Notes: generated by a model from the letters alone, not told the origin. A stretch of DNA of 63,619 nucleotides, filler included, from Octopus bimaculoides (GCF_001194135.2; 5 parts of 5 records of this genome joined end to end with filler, not necessarily neighbours in it); one strand, 5' to 3'; positions 49,628-63,619 are shown, counted from the first letter of the whole stretch. Program-made: numbers and translations.

Positions 49628-52600
49628 TAAAGAGACAAAGAAAAAAGAGAGATAGGAATTTTTTTTAAACGCAGAAATTTCATGCTTTCCTTATTTTTAT
49701 GTATTCGTAATATTAAAGACGTATATTATTAAAGCTAGACGTTATTTGAAAATATCTAGCTTCAATAACATTTGAAAAATTAAAATTTCCTTTGTAAGTT
49801 AGTGTTAATAACATAAATATGCATAGCCTTTTATCTTTAAATCATATTCGCTCTCAAACCCTGGTTACCTCCCCTATTAACACCTGTTACCTCTTTCCTC
49901 TGCTTTGCTGCCACTAATAGATATGCTTTTATATCTTGTTTGGATCGTTTTTACGTTTAATAAGGAAGCTTCTTATTTATCTTCTTTATTTTATTTTATT
50001 TTATTGCATTTTCTTTTATAACACTCAACAAAGCGTTTGCTGGTGGGGGTGGGTGCTCTTTTGTAACTGATAACTTACCTTTGTAGCAGGATTATTTAGT
50101 ACATACCTCAAACAGCAGCTCACTGCTTGGGAATCGAACCTGAATCAATGTATTCACATGGACAAATAGCAGGATGTTGTTAAGGATTGATGACATCAAT
50201 AAAAAACTGAACAATCAAATCAACAGATCCAGCAGATGCTTAACTCATTAAATTTCGGTGTTGTAAACAATCACTTTTTGGCACAAACAACATATAGGAT
50301 TGTCATTAATAATTTTGTCTTTGGCTTCCTTTTCTGAAACAGACAGTAGCTGTATATGGTTTGCTTTTCTGCTAGCTCACCATTTTCTGTAAAACAGCCA
50401 AGAGCACGGTGTAGGAATTTACGGCACTCAAGTTCGGCTGCGGAATTCGACGATGACAGCGATGAATTCAGTCCACACAAGACAACTTTCATCATCATTC
50501 GAATCTGCCAGAACATCAGCACATTTCATTTAAGGTATTCGTAACCACTTCGAATTGGCGTGTTTGCAACCACCGAACTAATGTCCGATTTGGCATTAGT
50601 TCTTCAGGATTAGTCTCTTTTCGACTTTTGTCTACATCAGTTTGTATAACATTCTGGAAATTAATTATTGTTGATTTCTATGCTGATTTTAAGGTCAAAA
50701 GATCCGAAAGTTTGTATTATGTCCTTCCTTAGCTTATCTATAGTGTACCCATTTGCGGTTTTAGAGCTATCACGTGATAGAAAATAGCAGGGGAGATTTT
50801 TTTTAAATTTAAGGTATCTAACATATACGACCCTATGAGCGCACAGGTCTCTGTACTAGCGAATGATTCCATACTTACGTTAAATGAACCATCCGAAGAA
50901 AACCTCTCGGCTCAGGCTGTGTCCTGATCAAAAAACAAAGTTTTCTGGCATGCATTATAATTTTTATTCGGCTATCACGTATTCTGTTTTAAATTTTTAC
51001 AAAATTTAGTACGTCTTTTTAATGACTCTTTAGAGATTGATTAATAAAATATTTACAATGTCACACTGAATAAATCTAGCATTTCTTTTATTTGTAATGC
51101 TGTCAAACCAACATACTGTTCCGTTGCACAAGGTTGATGGCTACTTTTATCTCATAAATTTTAGAATATTCTTGCTAGCGAGACAAATCTCAGACTTAAC
51201 TGGGTTTATTAACCTATATTTAAGGTTAAAAAACAAGGTTAATCTTATGGTTCTTGATGGTGATAAAGTCGTTACTTTTTGATGGTGCCTGTTCTGTCAT
51301 CAATTTCTATCCTTACTGCTATGTTTTTGAGGGTTTTTTTTGTTTCTATAATTATGTCATTATAAGCTGTGAGCTGGTTCATAGATAATTTTGCGTAAGC
51401 TATTTTCCAACTCATAAATGTATCTAGTTTTATTCATAGAATAGCAGGTCTTTTTTGGATAGTTTTAAAATGTTTTAATACCAGCCGTTAGCATATTTTT
51501 AAAGGGATTAAAGAATTTAACACTCGCTATCAAATCCAGAATATCCGATCGGAGTTTTTTTAATGGTTTTTTTATTGTTGATTAGTATCTTCTTGACAAT
51601 AAATGGTCGTACACTGCTCCGCAGAATCATCGGCGCATACTTTCTATCTCTTAACCTCAACGAGGCCCACTATTTTCTCAAACAGCCTTCGTGCATATTA
51701 TTCATTCGATAGTGTTGGTATGTATTTTTCTCGGGTTGTTAAGGTTTAACAAATTCTTTATCAAAATACTATATGGAGAACTTTCTTCCATGTAACTTGT
51801 ATTTAAATATTTCAAGCTGTGAACAAAGCTTCTTAGTTTGCGATATGCAGAGTGTAATATGGGAGTAGAGTAAGTGATCAAACTCGTTTCATAAAACAAA
51901 GAGCAGAGCATTCAATACAACGAATATAGAGCTGATATTTGAAACCTATAAAAAAAAAGCCAGCTCATGTTACTAGTACTTTCAAAATCATTCAATAGCA
52001 CACATAATGATTCAGTTCATGTAAGAGATCAATATGAGAAATTATTGTCTTTAGAGTGCAGTGGAATGGCAGAAATCGTAACCCACAGGGCATTATTTCG
52101 TCCAGTGTTTTGTTTTGTCCCTCCGCGTTCAAATCTCACTGGTATCATCTTTGCATTGTCTCTCTGTGGAGTAGATAAAATAAACATTAGTCAAACACTG
52201 CTAAATTTAGTTTTGCGTCAAAAATTAAAAAAATATTATTGCGTCACTGAAGACTTGGACTTTTAATTTCATTGCATTACAATGTTGACAATAACATCTG
52301 TTACTTCCTCTCGTGCTTTCGTTTAATTGCAGTTAGTCATCATTGAATGAAATCAGTTGTTGATTTGGTCCGAAATATGAACAATACAATAGGTGTTGGA
52401 AGCGTCAAAATGGTGTAATTATTAGATCAATGACTATAGTGTGTGACCTCTTTTTTCCGCTATTGTATCGGTCTGCAAAATAGGCAATCACGAGTGTAAA
52501 ATTAGCTTAAAAATCAAACAGTCGTCATGTAAGTAATGATAAATTAAATAAATAAAAATTGAGGTGATAGAAAGGATTTAAAAAGGGTCAATGACTTCAT

Positions 52601-53852
52601 AAGTATAATATAGTCTAGCCAGGATCGCAGATCATTTGATAAATTTTTACTTGAAAAATAACAAATAGTTATAGCCGATCATAATTAAAATTTCGTTTCG
52701 GTCCATTTGAGTATTGTTTAGATTTTTATTTCCTTTCACAAACTAAGAGAGAGACTTCACTTAAGACTATTTTGGTGGGGTCTCTAGATTCAGCTCGTTG
52801 CCCATTAACATAATTATCTATATTTGTGCCATTCACCCATTTGGGCTATTTCCTTTCATTTATTTTATTATGAATTATGTTAATTACATTAGCCATTGTT
52901 CGCAATTCTTTTTCTAAATATAGAAATTCTATCAAATGATCGACAGGTTTGGTTTAAGCTTCTTTTTTTTTATGAAAGTTTTATAGACTTGAAAATATCC
53001 ATAGTTATCCCTTCCGTAAGCGCGTAAATACACTCGAGAGATAAATTCTTAATTCTGAAAATTATCTTCCCGTATATTTTAATAGTTAACAATTACAGTT
53101 AGGATTTTGTTTTCTTTCTCCAACTAAATGAGAAATTGCAATTATTTAAGAATGTTTTGCTTACGTCATTTATTTCATTACCTTTTATCTTAGTGATTTT
53201 GTCTTACTACAAAAGAATAACAAAATAATATTGACTTTTGATTAAACTGAAACAAATTTTTTTTAATGTAAAAGAAATGTGATTTTGAAAAAGAAATTTT
53301 TGTTCCATATTTATTTACAAGTATACACGTGTTGTCAATAATGACGATAAATATGTTTATTATACTTATATGCATTGAAAATGATAATGAAACAGTTAAA
53401 CTACTGTTAATTGCATATTATAATATATTTTGCATTGAATATTTTAGAATTTTGTAGTTTTTTAATGTCTATGTTGAACTCTTATTCATTTTTCAAAACA
53501 CACACACACACACACACACACTAGCATAATTCATTGAACAAGTTGACTTTCTCTTTTTCTTCTTTGGAAAATAACGAATTCATTACGTATTTAGTTATTT
53601 CTCTTTGGGTATTATATTTGTTTTTAATTTCCAGTTCATTAAAATGTTAATTTATTGCATGAAATTCAATGTATAATTCCATAGATCAGGTACGGTCCCA
53701 GGAATTTTTCGAAAGAAGGGCACAAAGTCAGAAGGGAATACAATTCCAAGAGAAAAGGGCGCACTTATTTTCTTGAGGGGGGCACTTGGATCCGCCCTTG
53801 TAAACGGCTAATATTTTGACGTTAAACTGATGCTATTTTCCCGTGCCCTTTG

Positions 53853-53889
<37 letters not shown>

Positions 53890-54239
53890 CGTGTGTGTGT
53901 GTGTGCGTGCGTGCGTGTGTGTGTGTGTGTATAAATAATAAAATAATATATATATGCATATATACATACGTATACGTACATACTTAGATGTATACGCATA
54001 TACATATGCATATGTGAGCACAGGACGTCACAAAACATAAACAACAAAAAATACGAAGTACGAAGACATAGAATAAGGGCTTTTTTGCAAGCAACGAAAG
54101 AAACAAATGGAAAAGAAGACAAGCAACACAAGGAACGACCTTTCATCAGTTGTCGGCTGTTTTTCTAATCCGTATTTCGAGCAATTCACGATAAGATAAA
54201 ACAGTTGCTCCCGCAAAGCAAACAATTTTTTTAAATACT

Positions 54240-54580
54240 TGCTTCGTACTGTGATCATTGATCCTGGAACTTATTCTATCGGTTTCTTTTGCCGAATTGC
54301 TAAGTTGCGAGAACGTATACACACCAAACACCAATCTCAAGCAGTAGTAGAATACACACACGCACACACGCACACATACACACGACACACACTCGCGCGC
54401 GCACATATGTATGTATGCATGAATACGACAGGTTTCTTTCGGTTTCCATCTGCCAAATCCACCCATAAGGCTTTGGTCGGCCCGAGGCTATAGTATACTT
54501 TGCTGAAGGTGCCACGCAGTGGAACTAACCCGGAACCATATGGTTGGGAAGCAAGCTTCTACTACTCAGCCAAGCCCGCG
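54240..54580 (-). mobile_element. SINE family A copy
   Basis: Reverse complement of the family A head and core with an internal (CA)n. Confidence 0.8.
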
Positions 54581-56559
54581 CCTAATCAGAGTGCGGTAGA
54601 ATAATTCCTGTATTTTGCTATTGTGAGGTGTGTGTCTGGGTGGTCATAACAATTGACACGTCTTCAAAATAAGTTTCATTATTGAAATATTATGTTTTAT
54701 AATATTACCATTGTCGAATAGGTCCGCTGCTTAATATTTTTAGACAAAGTGCTTATTTCAAAATTTAAACCTTTTTGAAGTTGAACAGTAATTTTGTTGA
54801 GAATCTGTTTTAACTTTTTTGCGAAAAAATGATAAACCACACTTTGAGTGAAAACAAAAAGGTAAACCAACACTAGATTAAAATTGGCAAACTACCACCT
54901 AAACAGATGCAGCTTCAACAGCCTAGTGTACGAAAATACATAGAACATTCCAATACCACGTGTTACAAAAAAAAACGTATAGTTGTATGACTGCATAATG
55001 TATAATTGTATAGCTGTATTACAGAAAAAAAGGCTTTTTTCTTTTCTATTCATATATCTTGTATCTAGAGAAAGTGCGAAAGTAAGAACCGAAACTTAAA
55101 AAATTGTAACAATAGGATATTTTCTGGTTTAGTTGAGAGATGGACGAAAATTTGTGTGAGATTCAAGCACTAAATAGTTATTTATTGTTAACAAAGATGT
55201 TGTTGCGATGAAAAAGAAAAATTATATTTAAGCCAAGTGAGTCAGTTCGTGTGTATGTACGGGAGAGAGTCTATGTATCATCAAGGACAGTAGCCATGAG
55301 TGGCGTAGATTCTTGGAACTAACTGACTAAAACTGTGTCGCAACCACTGTCGTTGTCTTTGTCGATGTGCAGCCGACATTAGTTCGTACAACCCCTGGTT
55401 TTGACTGGGCTGCGACCACAGTCGATGGTCTATCACAGAAAAGGCGCTAAAGACGAACTTGTTAATGACATTTCCAAATGTTTATATAACACTGGGATCC
55501 TAACGAGTTAAACATCTGCTGGATCTTTTGTATTATGCGGTTGGTCAATGGCTACTGAAACAAAACAAAAAAAAAGGTCTTTAATGTGCTTACCTGAGAC
55601 TTACTGACGTTATCAATCCTTGACAATATCATATCTATTGTTTAGTTATTTTTCCGTCCGAACTCTGATTCAATTTCGATTCCTCGGCAGTGAGTTGGTG
55701 TTTGCGAATCTGCCAAATATTCCTGCTACATGTTTAAATAAATTACCATAATAAATATTAAAAAATATATTTGCTATTGTCTCGTGGTGACAGACACTTT
55801 CATTGAGAATTTACTTTATTAATGCCCACAGCCTACTCTGACACAACAACAAAGCAACTGAGCAAAGCATACATATTAGGTATACTCCTCCACACCACTC
55901 ACACAATCAAAGCTTATGAATCCAAATCTTCTAAGTACTTAACAAGTGACTATGCTACAGGAGCACTAGCGAAGAACAACGCATAAAAGGCATTAAAAAA
56001 TCGCCCATTCCAAATTGATGATTTTGCCCATTGCATAAGTAATTAAGATAAATCAAGCGTATAATTATATTCATTCGATGACACCCTGGAATTTTAGGTA
56101 TCGATCAGGCGAAAATCGATGATTTGTAACATATTTTTTTAAAAGTTCGAATGTTCTTAAGGGCGTTCCTCTGTTTGCTTTTCACTTCCCCCACTCTACC
56201 TTTAAATTTCTTCGCATTATAATTTGAAATGTTAGATACCTATCTCTCTATCCGAAAATGGAGATCGGACCGACCTAATGTCCATATGCTTCCACTACTG
56301 GTTGTATATTCTTGATTTTTTGCGAACTACATCTGCCAACATTATGAAGTAATTCCGAGCTCCCACAAACAGCTGTCGGACCTGTAACACCATATCTTCT
56401 CCCCTTAATTTTTGTGTCTTAGTACTCTGTGTAAATTTACTCTGTCAATATAAAAACATCTATATATTTATAAAATTATATTAAGAGAGAAAGGGCGAAA
56501 ACGACTAATCTCCAACATGCCTGAAGTGCCAATACCTTCATAAAACTACCAAAAACTCC

Positions 56560-56597
<38 letters not shown>

Positions 56598-57051
56598 AAG
56601 AACGACCGTACGAACCCAAAAGGAGAAATGGTGACGAATGGAAAACAGGCTCCTTTTATAATAACGCGTCACACGGTCGAACACAAAAATATATCAAATG
56701 ATATATATGTTATACTTCGATAACATAAAGAACTAAGAAATGCCAGTAAGATACAAGATAGGACACAACCGATAAAGATGAATAACAGTAAGATTTATTG
56801 TAGCATTAAATTGTATGTCTGTGTGTGTGTGAATGCTACATAATGAAACACAATAAAAGACAGGCCGTCATGTAAAGAAAAGAGTGTGTGTAAGTGATAC
56901 ATGTATGTGGGTACGAGAGATACACAGTATTGAAATAGAGTCAGTAACACGNNNNNNNNNNNNNNNNNNNNNNNNNNNNNNNNNNNNNNNNNNNNTTAAT
57001 TAATTAANNNNNNNNNNNNNNNNNNNNNNNNNNNNNNNNNNNNNNNNNNNN

Positions 57052-57082
<31 letters not shown>

Positions 57083-58055
57083 GTATATATATATATGTGT
57101 GTATGTGTGTGTTTGTGTGTGTATACATACACAGTAAAATGTATGTTTACTATTAGTTTTATCAATACACTTAGGAAATAAAATAAGCGTTTCTGAAAAT
57201 TAGCTCAATTAATTTATGCAAACACAGGCGCAATATAACGTAAGATAACCTAGTCTCGCTGTAATATACATGCAATATGACACGACCACGCGCACGCAAA
57301 CACACAAACGCACAGACACTCTTCCTTCTGTAATGACTTTAAATGAAGGTAAGATAATCTCTGCCTTCATAGCGGATAGAATTCTAGAGATGACAGTGTT
57401 TTTTATAGTTCCTCTCATATTATATACATTGAACTTGAAAGGTAGGGGGAGTTGTGCCTTTCTCATATAAATATACTGGCAATTTACTGAGTTGTACATC
57501 GAATACCGTGCATTAAACGAGTTTTTAATGCTTGGTATTCGGTATCTGAAAATCATTTATAGCTTTAATCATTTAAATAAACATTTAGGTGAGTTAGAAT
57601 ATGTATAGGACGTATTTGACCTCAAAAAATGCCGTATTCACTGCTATTTGCTATTGAGAAAATTCTCGTTTTTGGCAATAGGTGTTGAAAACACCAACAG
57701 TCATTTCATGGCATTCCCTTGCGGAACGGTAAATATATTTCTAGTTAAACTGACTATCATCAGCAGCGTGTACTGCAAGAGAGACAGCCCTAAAATGACT
57801 TCGGGAGTTTTTACTTCATTACAGGGAATCAATATCAAAACAAGACCTGATTACGTGCGACGCCGGCATAAGCAGTAGAAAAATTTTGTAGTAAGCACAT
57901 AGAAGGACTGTAGTGAGTAAACTAACATTTAAATAATTAAAATATTATAGTTTTAGTCTGGGCAATCACTGCTTACCTTGGCTACATAATTAGCATTTCT
58001 TTTATGTATGTATGTATGTATGTATGTATGTATGTATGTATGTACGTATGTATGT

Positions 58056-58826
58056 CATTGTTCAGTTTTATTTCAAGATTTCTTGCCAATAGAGAAAGAG
58101 CCAGTTTCTAAACTAGATCCAAGGTCCTTCATTGGAATTTCAACATCAACAACTGGGTATGTATGTATGTATGTATGTATGTATGTATGTGCAGATTTGT
58201 ATGTTTTATGTATGTATACCCATGCATATAGTTGCATATCTAGACATGCTCGTATATATTTAAATGATAAACTTCTGGAAAGTTTTATAGATTTTTACAG
58301 TTCAGGTAATGGATTGGATCTGTAGTCTCCGAATTAGCTTTCTCCATTCTGGTTTTGAGAAGCCTAATTTTTCAAGATTGGTATTTAGGCAGTGTGTTAC
58401 ATATCCCAGGGCTCTAATAATTACAGGTATAAACCTTAACTTTTAATCTGGATAAGTAATTGCAGATTCCTCAATAGTTCAGTATAGGTATTCTCTTTTT
58501 CACTGATCTTCAGCTTTATGTTAACATCCTCTGGGTAGCTAATTTCCACAACTATACACAGCTTACATTTTATTGAGGTCTACACTGGGACATTCCACCA
58601 GTACTCCGTTTTATTATGAGTGGCTATGGCTTCTACCATACTGTGGGTTCTTATTTCTTTGTCCTCGGGTTTATCCTTCCGACAGATTTCATTATAGAGT
58701 GTTCTAGCTAAAACATCATGTTTCATCGGTTGATAATACTGTGATGACATTTTTGGACAACTGCTTATGATGTGGGTGATATCTTCGGTGTTAACTCCAC
58801 AAAGTCTGCATCGGTTATCACATTTT
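58056..58826 (-). mobile_element. R4/Dong-like non-LTR retrotransposon, 5'-truncated copy flanked by (ATGT)n
   Basis: CRLCGVNTEDITHIISSC (CCHC knuckle)...HDVLARTLY...EYWWNVPV, RLE remnant and 3' UTR homologous to 24499-25789. Confidence 0.88.
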
Positions 58827-59171
58827 ATGTATGTATGTATGTATGTATGTATTTGTTGTATAAATTGGTATGCATGCATGTATACTTGTATATATGTGTG
58901 TGTTTGTATGTATATGTATGTATGTGTTTGTATGTATGTATGTGTTTGTATGTATGTACGTATGTTTATATGTATATATGGGTGTGTTTGTGTGTGCGCG
59001 CGCACATCTATGTATATATTTGTCGCTTAAATAGTTACGACAGAAAATGAATCCACATTAAACGTATAAACTCTGCTGTATGTATTGAACCTTTTTTTTT
59101 TACCATTTATGTAACTAGTCTCTCTTTCTTCATCCATACACACATACTCACACTCTGTCTCTCTCTCACAT

Positions 59172-59236
<65 letters not shown>

Positions 59237-59415
59237 GAGTGGNNNNNNNNNNNNNNNNNNNNNNNNNNNNNNNNNNNNNNNNNNNNNNNNNNNNNNNNNN
59301 NNNNNNNNNNNNNNNNNNNNNNNNNNNNNNNNNNNNNNNNNNNNNNNNNNNNNNNNNNNNNNNNNNNNNNNNNNNNNNNNNNNNNNNNNNNNNNNNNNNN
59401 NNNNNNNNNNNNNNN

Positions 59416-59476
<61 letters not shown>

Positions 59477-60412
59477 GAGTGGGGCGTGATTTGAAGGAAA
59501 TTGCGGCTGCAGTTCATTCCTTTCTCATTGAACGAGCACGCGTACACACACACGCACACGCACACGCACACGCACACGCACGCTCGCGCGTTCGGATGCT
59601 CACAGACGCTCCCGTGTTTGGCTCGTGCTGTGAAAGTTGCTTTTGCGGGAGCATTAATGAAAAGAAAATAAGCAACAAGTCCTCTGGGAGTAAAGCTAGC
59701 GATAAATTAGATCCTTATGAAGTGGTAAAAATTATCGTTCGCTGAATTTGATGCTCTGTGAGGAAATCAGAAGTATCCGTTTGATCTATAACATATTGTC
59801 TCTCTATAAATACATTAATTTACTCTAGTTTAAGTGTCATATAAGTGTATCTCCTACCACTTCTAATTGTACCCGTTACTCTTTTACTATTTTCATTTAT
59901 AGTTAGGGTTACTATATTAGGGTTTTGACCTGTATTTGTGACGTAACTTTGAACCTGGTGTTTGGTATAAGGAAAAAAGTACGATGGTATCGTCATCAGT
60001 CTTTCCGGTTTCATCTAAAATTTTACGCCTTGAATGTGTTAGTATTTATTCCATCCCCGTGCATCCCCAACATCTTAAGCTAGGAATGATTCTTTTTTCG
60101 ACGCACATGCACGTGAATTATGTGTGAGTGTGTGTGTGTGTGTGTGTATAACTAATAATGGTATACCTACAAGTAGTATAAACTCCTCCTCCTCCTCCTC
60201 CTACTGCTGCTGCTGATACTGCTACTGCTGCTGCTGTTGCTGCTGCGCACACGCGCGTGCGTAGCAGTAGTTTATACATGCATGAATACATATACATACA
60301 TATACGTATATGTGTGTATGTATATGTGTGTTTGTGTATGTATATGTGTGTGTGTATGTGTGTGTATATGTATATATATGTATATATATAAAATGTATAT
60401 ATGTGTGTATAT

Positions 60413-60727
60413 TGGCTGTGTGGTAAGTAGCTTGCTTACCAACCACATGGTTCCGGGTTCGGTCCCACTGCGTGGCACTTTGGGCAAGTGTCTTCTACTA
60501 TAGCCTCGGGCCGACCAAAGCCTTGTGAGTGGATTTGGTAGACGGAAACTGAAAGAAGCCCGTCGTATATATGTATGTATATATATGTATGTGTGTTTGT
60601 GTGTCTGTGTTTGTCCCCCCACCATCGCTTGACAACCGATGCTGGTGTGTTTACGTCCCCGTAACTTAGCGGTTCGGCAAAAAGAGACCGATAGAATAAG
60701 TACTAGGCTTACAAAGAATAAGTCCTG
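60413..60727 (+). mobile_element. SINE family A, young-looking copy
   Basis: ggctgtgtggtaagtagcttgcttaccaaccacatggttccgggttcggtcccactgcgtggcactttgggcaagtgtc...; truncated by the gap. Confidence 0.9.
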
Positions 60728-61689
60728 NNNNNNNNNNNNNNNNNNNNNNNNNNNNNNNNNNNNNNNNNNNNNNNNNNNNNNNNNNNNNNNNNNNNNNNNN
60801 NNNNNNNNNNNNNNNNNNNNNNNNNNNNNNNNNNNNNNNNNNNNNNNNNNNNNNNNNNNNNNNNNNNNNNNNNNNNNNNNNNNNNNNNNNNNNNNNNNNN
60901 NNNNNNNNNNNNNNNNNNNNNNNNNNNNNNNNNNNNNNNNNNNNNNNNNNNNNNNNNNNNNNNNNNNNNNNNNNNNNNNNNNNNNNNNNNNNNNNNNNNN
61001 NNNNNNNNNNNNNNNNNNNNNNNNNNNNNNNNNNNNNNNNNNNNNNNNNNNNNNNNNNNNNNNNNNNNNNNNNNNNNNNNNNNNNNNNNNNNNNNNNNNN
61101 NNNNNNNNNNNNNNNNNNNNNNNNNNNNNNNNNNNNNNNNNNNNNNNNNNNNNNNNNNNNNNNNNNNNNNNNNNNNNNNNNNNNNNNNNNNNNNNNNNNN
61201 NNNNNNNNNNNNNNNNNNNNNNNNNNNNNNNNNNNNNNNNNNNNNNNNNNNNNNNNNNNNNNNNNNNNNNNNNNNNNNNNNNNNNNNNNNNNNNNNNNNN
61301 NNNNNNNNNNNNNNNNNNNNNNNNNNNNNNNNNNNNNNNNNNNNNNNNNNNNNNNNNNNNNNNNNNNNNNNNNNNNNNNNNNNNNNNNNNNNNNNNNNNN
61401 NNNNNNNNNNNNNNNNNNNNNNNNNNNNNNNNNNNNNNNNNNNNNNNNNNNNNNNNNNNNNNNNNNNNNNNNNNNNNNNNNNNNNNNNNNNNNNNNNNNN
61501 NNNNNNNNNNNNNNNNNNNNNNNNNNNNNNNNNNNNNNNNNNNNNNNNNNNNNNNNNNNNNNNNNNNNNNNNNNNNNNNNNNNNNTATATATATATATAT
61601 ATATATGAATCACTATATCCGTCACTTGAAAATGAATATGACTTGGTAGCATGTACCATACATTCGTTGTTTTATGTACAAATACACCT

Positions 61690-61915
61690 AAACGTTGATC
61701 TCACGTGTTTCCTGACCTTGACCCAGCGGAACAACTGGGTTGTTACTACTGGAGGGAATGAAGGCTGCATCAGCACTAGGCAGGTGCTTATATTTTGAAT
61801 GAGTGTCTTGGAGCAACGTGAAATGAAATGTATTGCTGAATGTTACAGTCACTACCTGACCAGGGAATCGAATCCAGAATGTTACGATCGTGTGCCTAAC
61901 CACTACGCCTCAAAC
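61690..61915 (-). mobile_element. tRNA-derived SINE fragment
   Basis: Minus strand ggcgtagtggttaggcacacgatcg...ggattcgattccctggtcagg (A/B-box-like). Confidence 0.6.
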
Positions 61916-62385
61916 CTTCATTATTTATCTCTCTCTCCCTCTCTGCATCTGTCTACCTGTCTGTCTATATATGTATGTATGTTTGTATATGGGGAGAAGA
62001 GAAAGAAAGAGAGAATAAAGGAGAGAGAGAGAGAGAAATCTTTGTAGAACAACATATTTGGCACTGTATAGTAGGGAATACACATGAATTTCGTTGCGCC
62101 TAGAGTATTTCTCAGATGAAAGCAGAAAGCATTTGTAAAATACTTTAACCGTATTGTTATGATTTTACCTTCAGCTGAATTCAGTCCAATGACTGAAGGA
62201 AGTAAAAAATAAAAGATAAATGACTGATCAGTTCTTTTATCATCCTGTTGAAAACGTATACGAGAGATGATCAAGAGAACTTAATGGCATTGCTCTATTC
62301 GCTAATGTCATAAGTTTTCATTTGATATTTCATCATGTATTCAGATAACACATTTAAAGATATTTAATTCTATGTACCTACCTTC

Positions 62386-62780
62386 AGTGGAGGCGCAATG
62401 GCCCAGTGGTTAGGGCAGCGGACTCGCGGTCATAGGATCGCGGTTTCGATTCCCAGACCGGGCGTTGTGAGTGTTTATTGAGCGAAAACACTTAAAGCTC
62501 CACGAGGCTCCAGCAGGGGATGGTGGTGAACCCTGCTGTGCTCTTTCACCACAACTTTCTCTCACTCTTACTTCCTGTTTCTGTTGTGCCTGTAATTCAA
62601 AAGGTCAGCCTTGTCACACTCTGTGTCGCGCTGAATCTCCCGAGAACTACGTTAAGGGTACACGTGTCTGTGGAGTGCTCAGCCACTTGCACGTTAATTT
62701 CACGAGCAGGCTGTTCCGTTGATCGGATCAACTGGAACCCTCGACGTCGTAAGCGACGGAGTGCCAACAACAACAACAAT
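62386..62780 (+). mobile_element. tRNA-derived SINE, full length, (ACA)n tail
   Basis: gtggaggcgcaatggcccagtggttagggcagcggactcgcggtcataggatcgcggtttcgattcccagacc tRNA-like head with A and B boxes, a unique body, and an (ACA)n tail. Confidence 0.88.
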
Positions 62781-63619
62781 CTACCTTCATCTGTCTGTAT
62801 TGGATAATAGATCAGATGATTTATAATAATTGATGGAGTGCAGGCAGAACAGCAAGGATCCAAACGATATTCATTTTTAATATCTTTTGTTGTTTGTTCG
62901 TCATCGGAGAACGCCTCCCTACCTTTAGAAGATGTGTGTTCATTATACACGGGAAACACCGATTCATTGGCGTGAGGGGACTTTGAAACAGCGTAGTGTT
63001 TCGGCCTTGTCGTGTGTCTCCCGGAGCGATGAATCTGACAATAGTACGGGCATTTGTTTTTTGGAATCAGCAACAACAACAACAACAACAACAACAAAAA
63101 TAATAACAGAAAGTAGGAAACTATGGAGAAGCAGGCACGTTGATGTGGCGGCGATTGTGGTTGGCGTACTAGGAGTAGCTAGTAAGAGGTTGGATGCAAG
63201 GTAAGAGAAGCTAGGAATTGTCATCAAAATGGAGTTGTTGCAGAAAACAGCCTTGTATTTTAAGTATTGTCTGGAGAAGCATACACCTCCATTCATAAAT
63301 TTCTCTTTCGAAAATTTTCCATTTGTATTTTTGTTTACTTTGCGAAACGAATTTTCAGTTTATCATTCTCGTAAAAAAAATTTTTTTTAATCAAAATCTG
63401 GTAAATACGGAGAATTAAATTTGATAAATGGAAAGAGAATTACATATCAAGTATGAAGCATGAAAATATATCAAGTAAACATCGTGGTTTCCTCCAAATG
63501 CCAAAACGGAAACGAAAGTAATGTTTTCTTAAACGAGAAAAAAAGAACTCGTTTGGTTTTAAAAGTCCATGTATCAAGTGGAGAGAGAGAGAGAGCGAGA
63601 GAGAGAGAGAGAGAGAGAG

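Noticed and set aside
50572-50612. CTGAAGA followed by a 9-bp hairpin on the minus strand
   Set aside because: No GAAA core follows the hairpin.
62386-62465. tRNA gene-like sequence
   Set aside because: It lacks a proper acceptor stem and continues into a SINE body with an (ACA)n tail, so it is a SINE head.
62597-63097. 166-aa minus-strand ORF
   Set aside because: It spans a SINE and two microsatellites. The unique middle part has no recognisable motif or clear splice sites, though an exon cannot be excluded.

Overview
Animal genomic DNA, not a prokaryotic window. It is AT-rich, saturated with microsatellites, gapped, and carries SINE families I recognise from Octopus (the taxon is inferred from repeat content). 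Almost all ORFs in the supplied track are microsatellite or N-gap artefacts. One well-supported host gene is present: a + strand short-chain dehydrogenase/reductase, modelled as join(40725..40770,41176..41966), 278 aa. Its whole catalytic fold lies in one exon and it has the Y-x6-K active site of bacterial FabI/FabL enoyl-ACP reductases instead of classical YxxxK, so it is a candidate domesticated horizontal transfer. A SINE-containing spliceosomal intron argues against contamination. The second theme is catalytic RNA: four type I hammerhead ribozyme motifs from three sequence families. Two lie in the inverted pseudo-LTRs of a Penelope-like element (2320-4553), one is a mutated copy in the 3' UTR of a second Penelope-like element, and one is a solo copy with a long stem II. 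The rest is decayed mobile DNA: RTE, CR1/L2 and R4/Dong-like LINEs (the last inserted in (ACAT)n microsatellites), a Gypsy integrase plus LTR, Tc1/mariner elements and many SINEs. There is also a near-perfect 31-bp hairpin, several unexplained diverged repeats, weak candidate exons of unknown genes, and four artificial 100-bp N44-TTAATTAATTAA-N44 assembly spacers.
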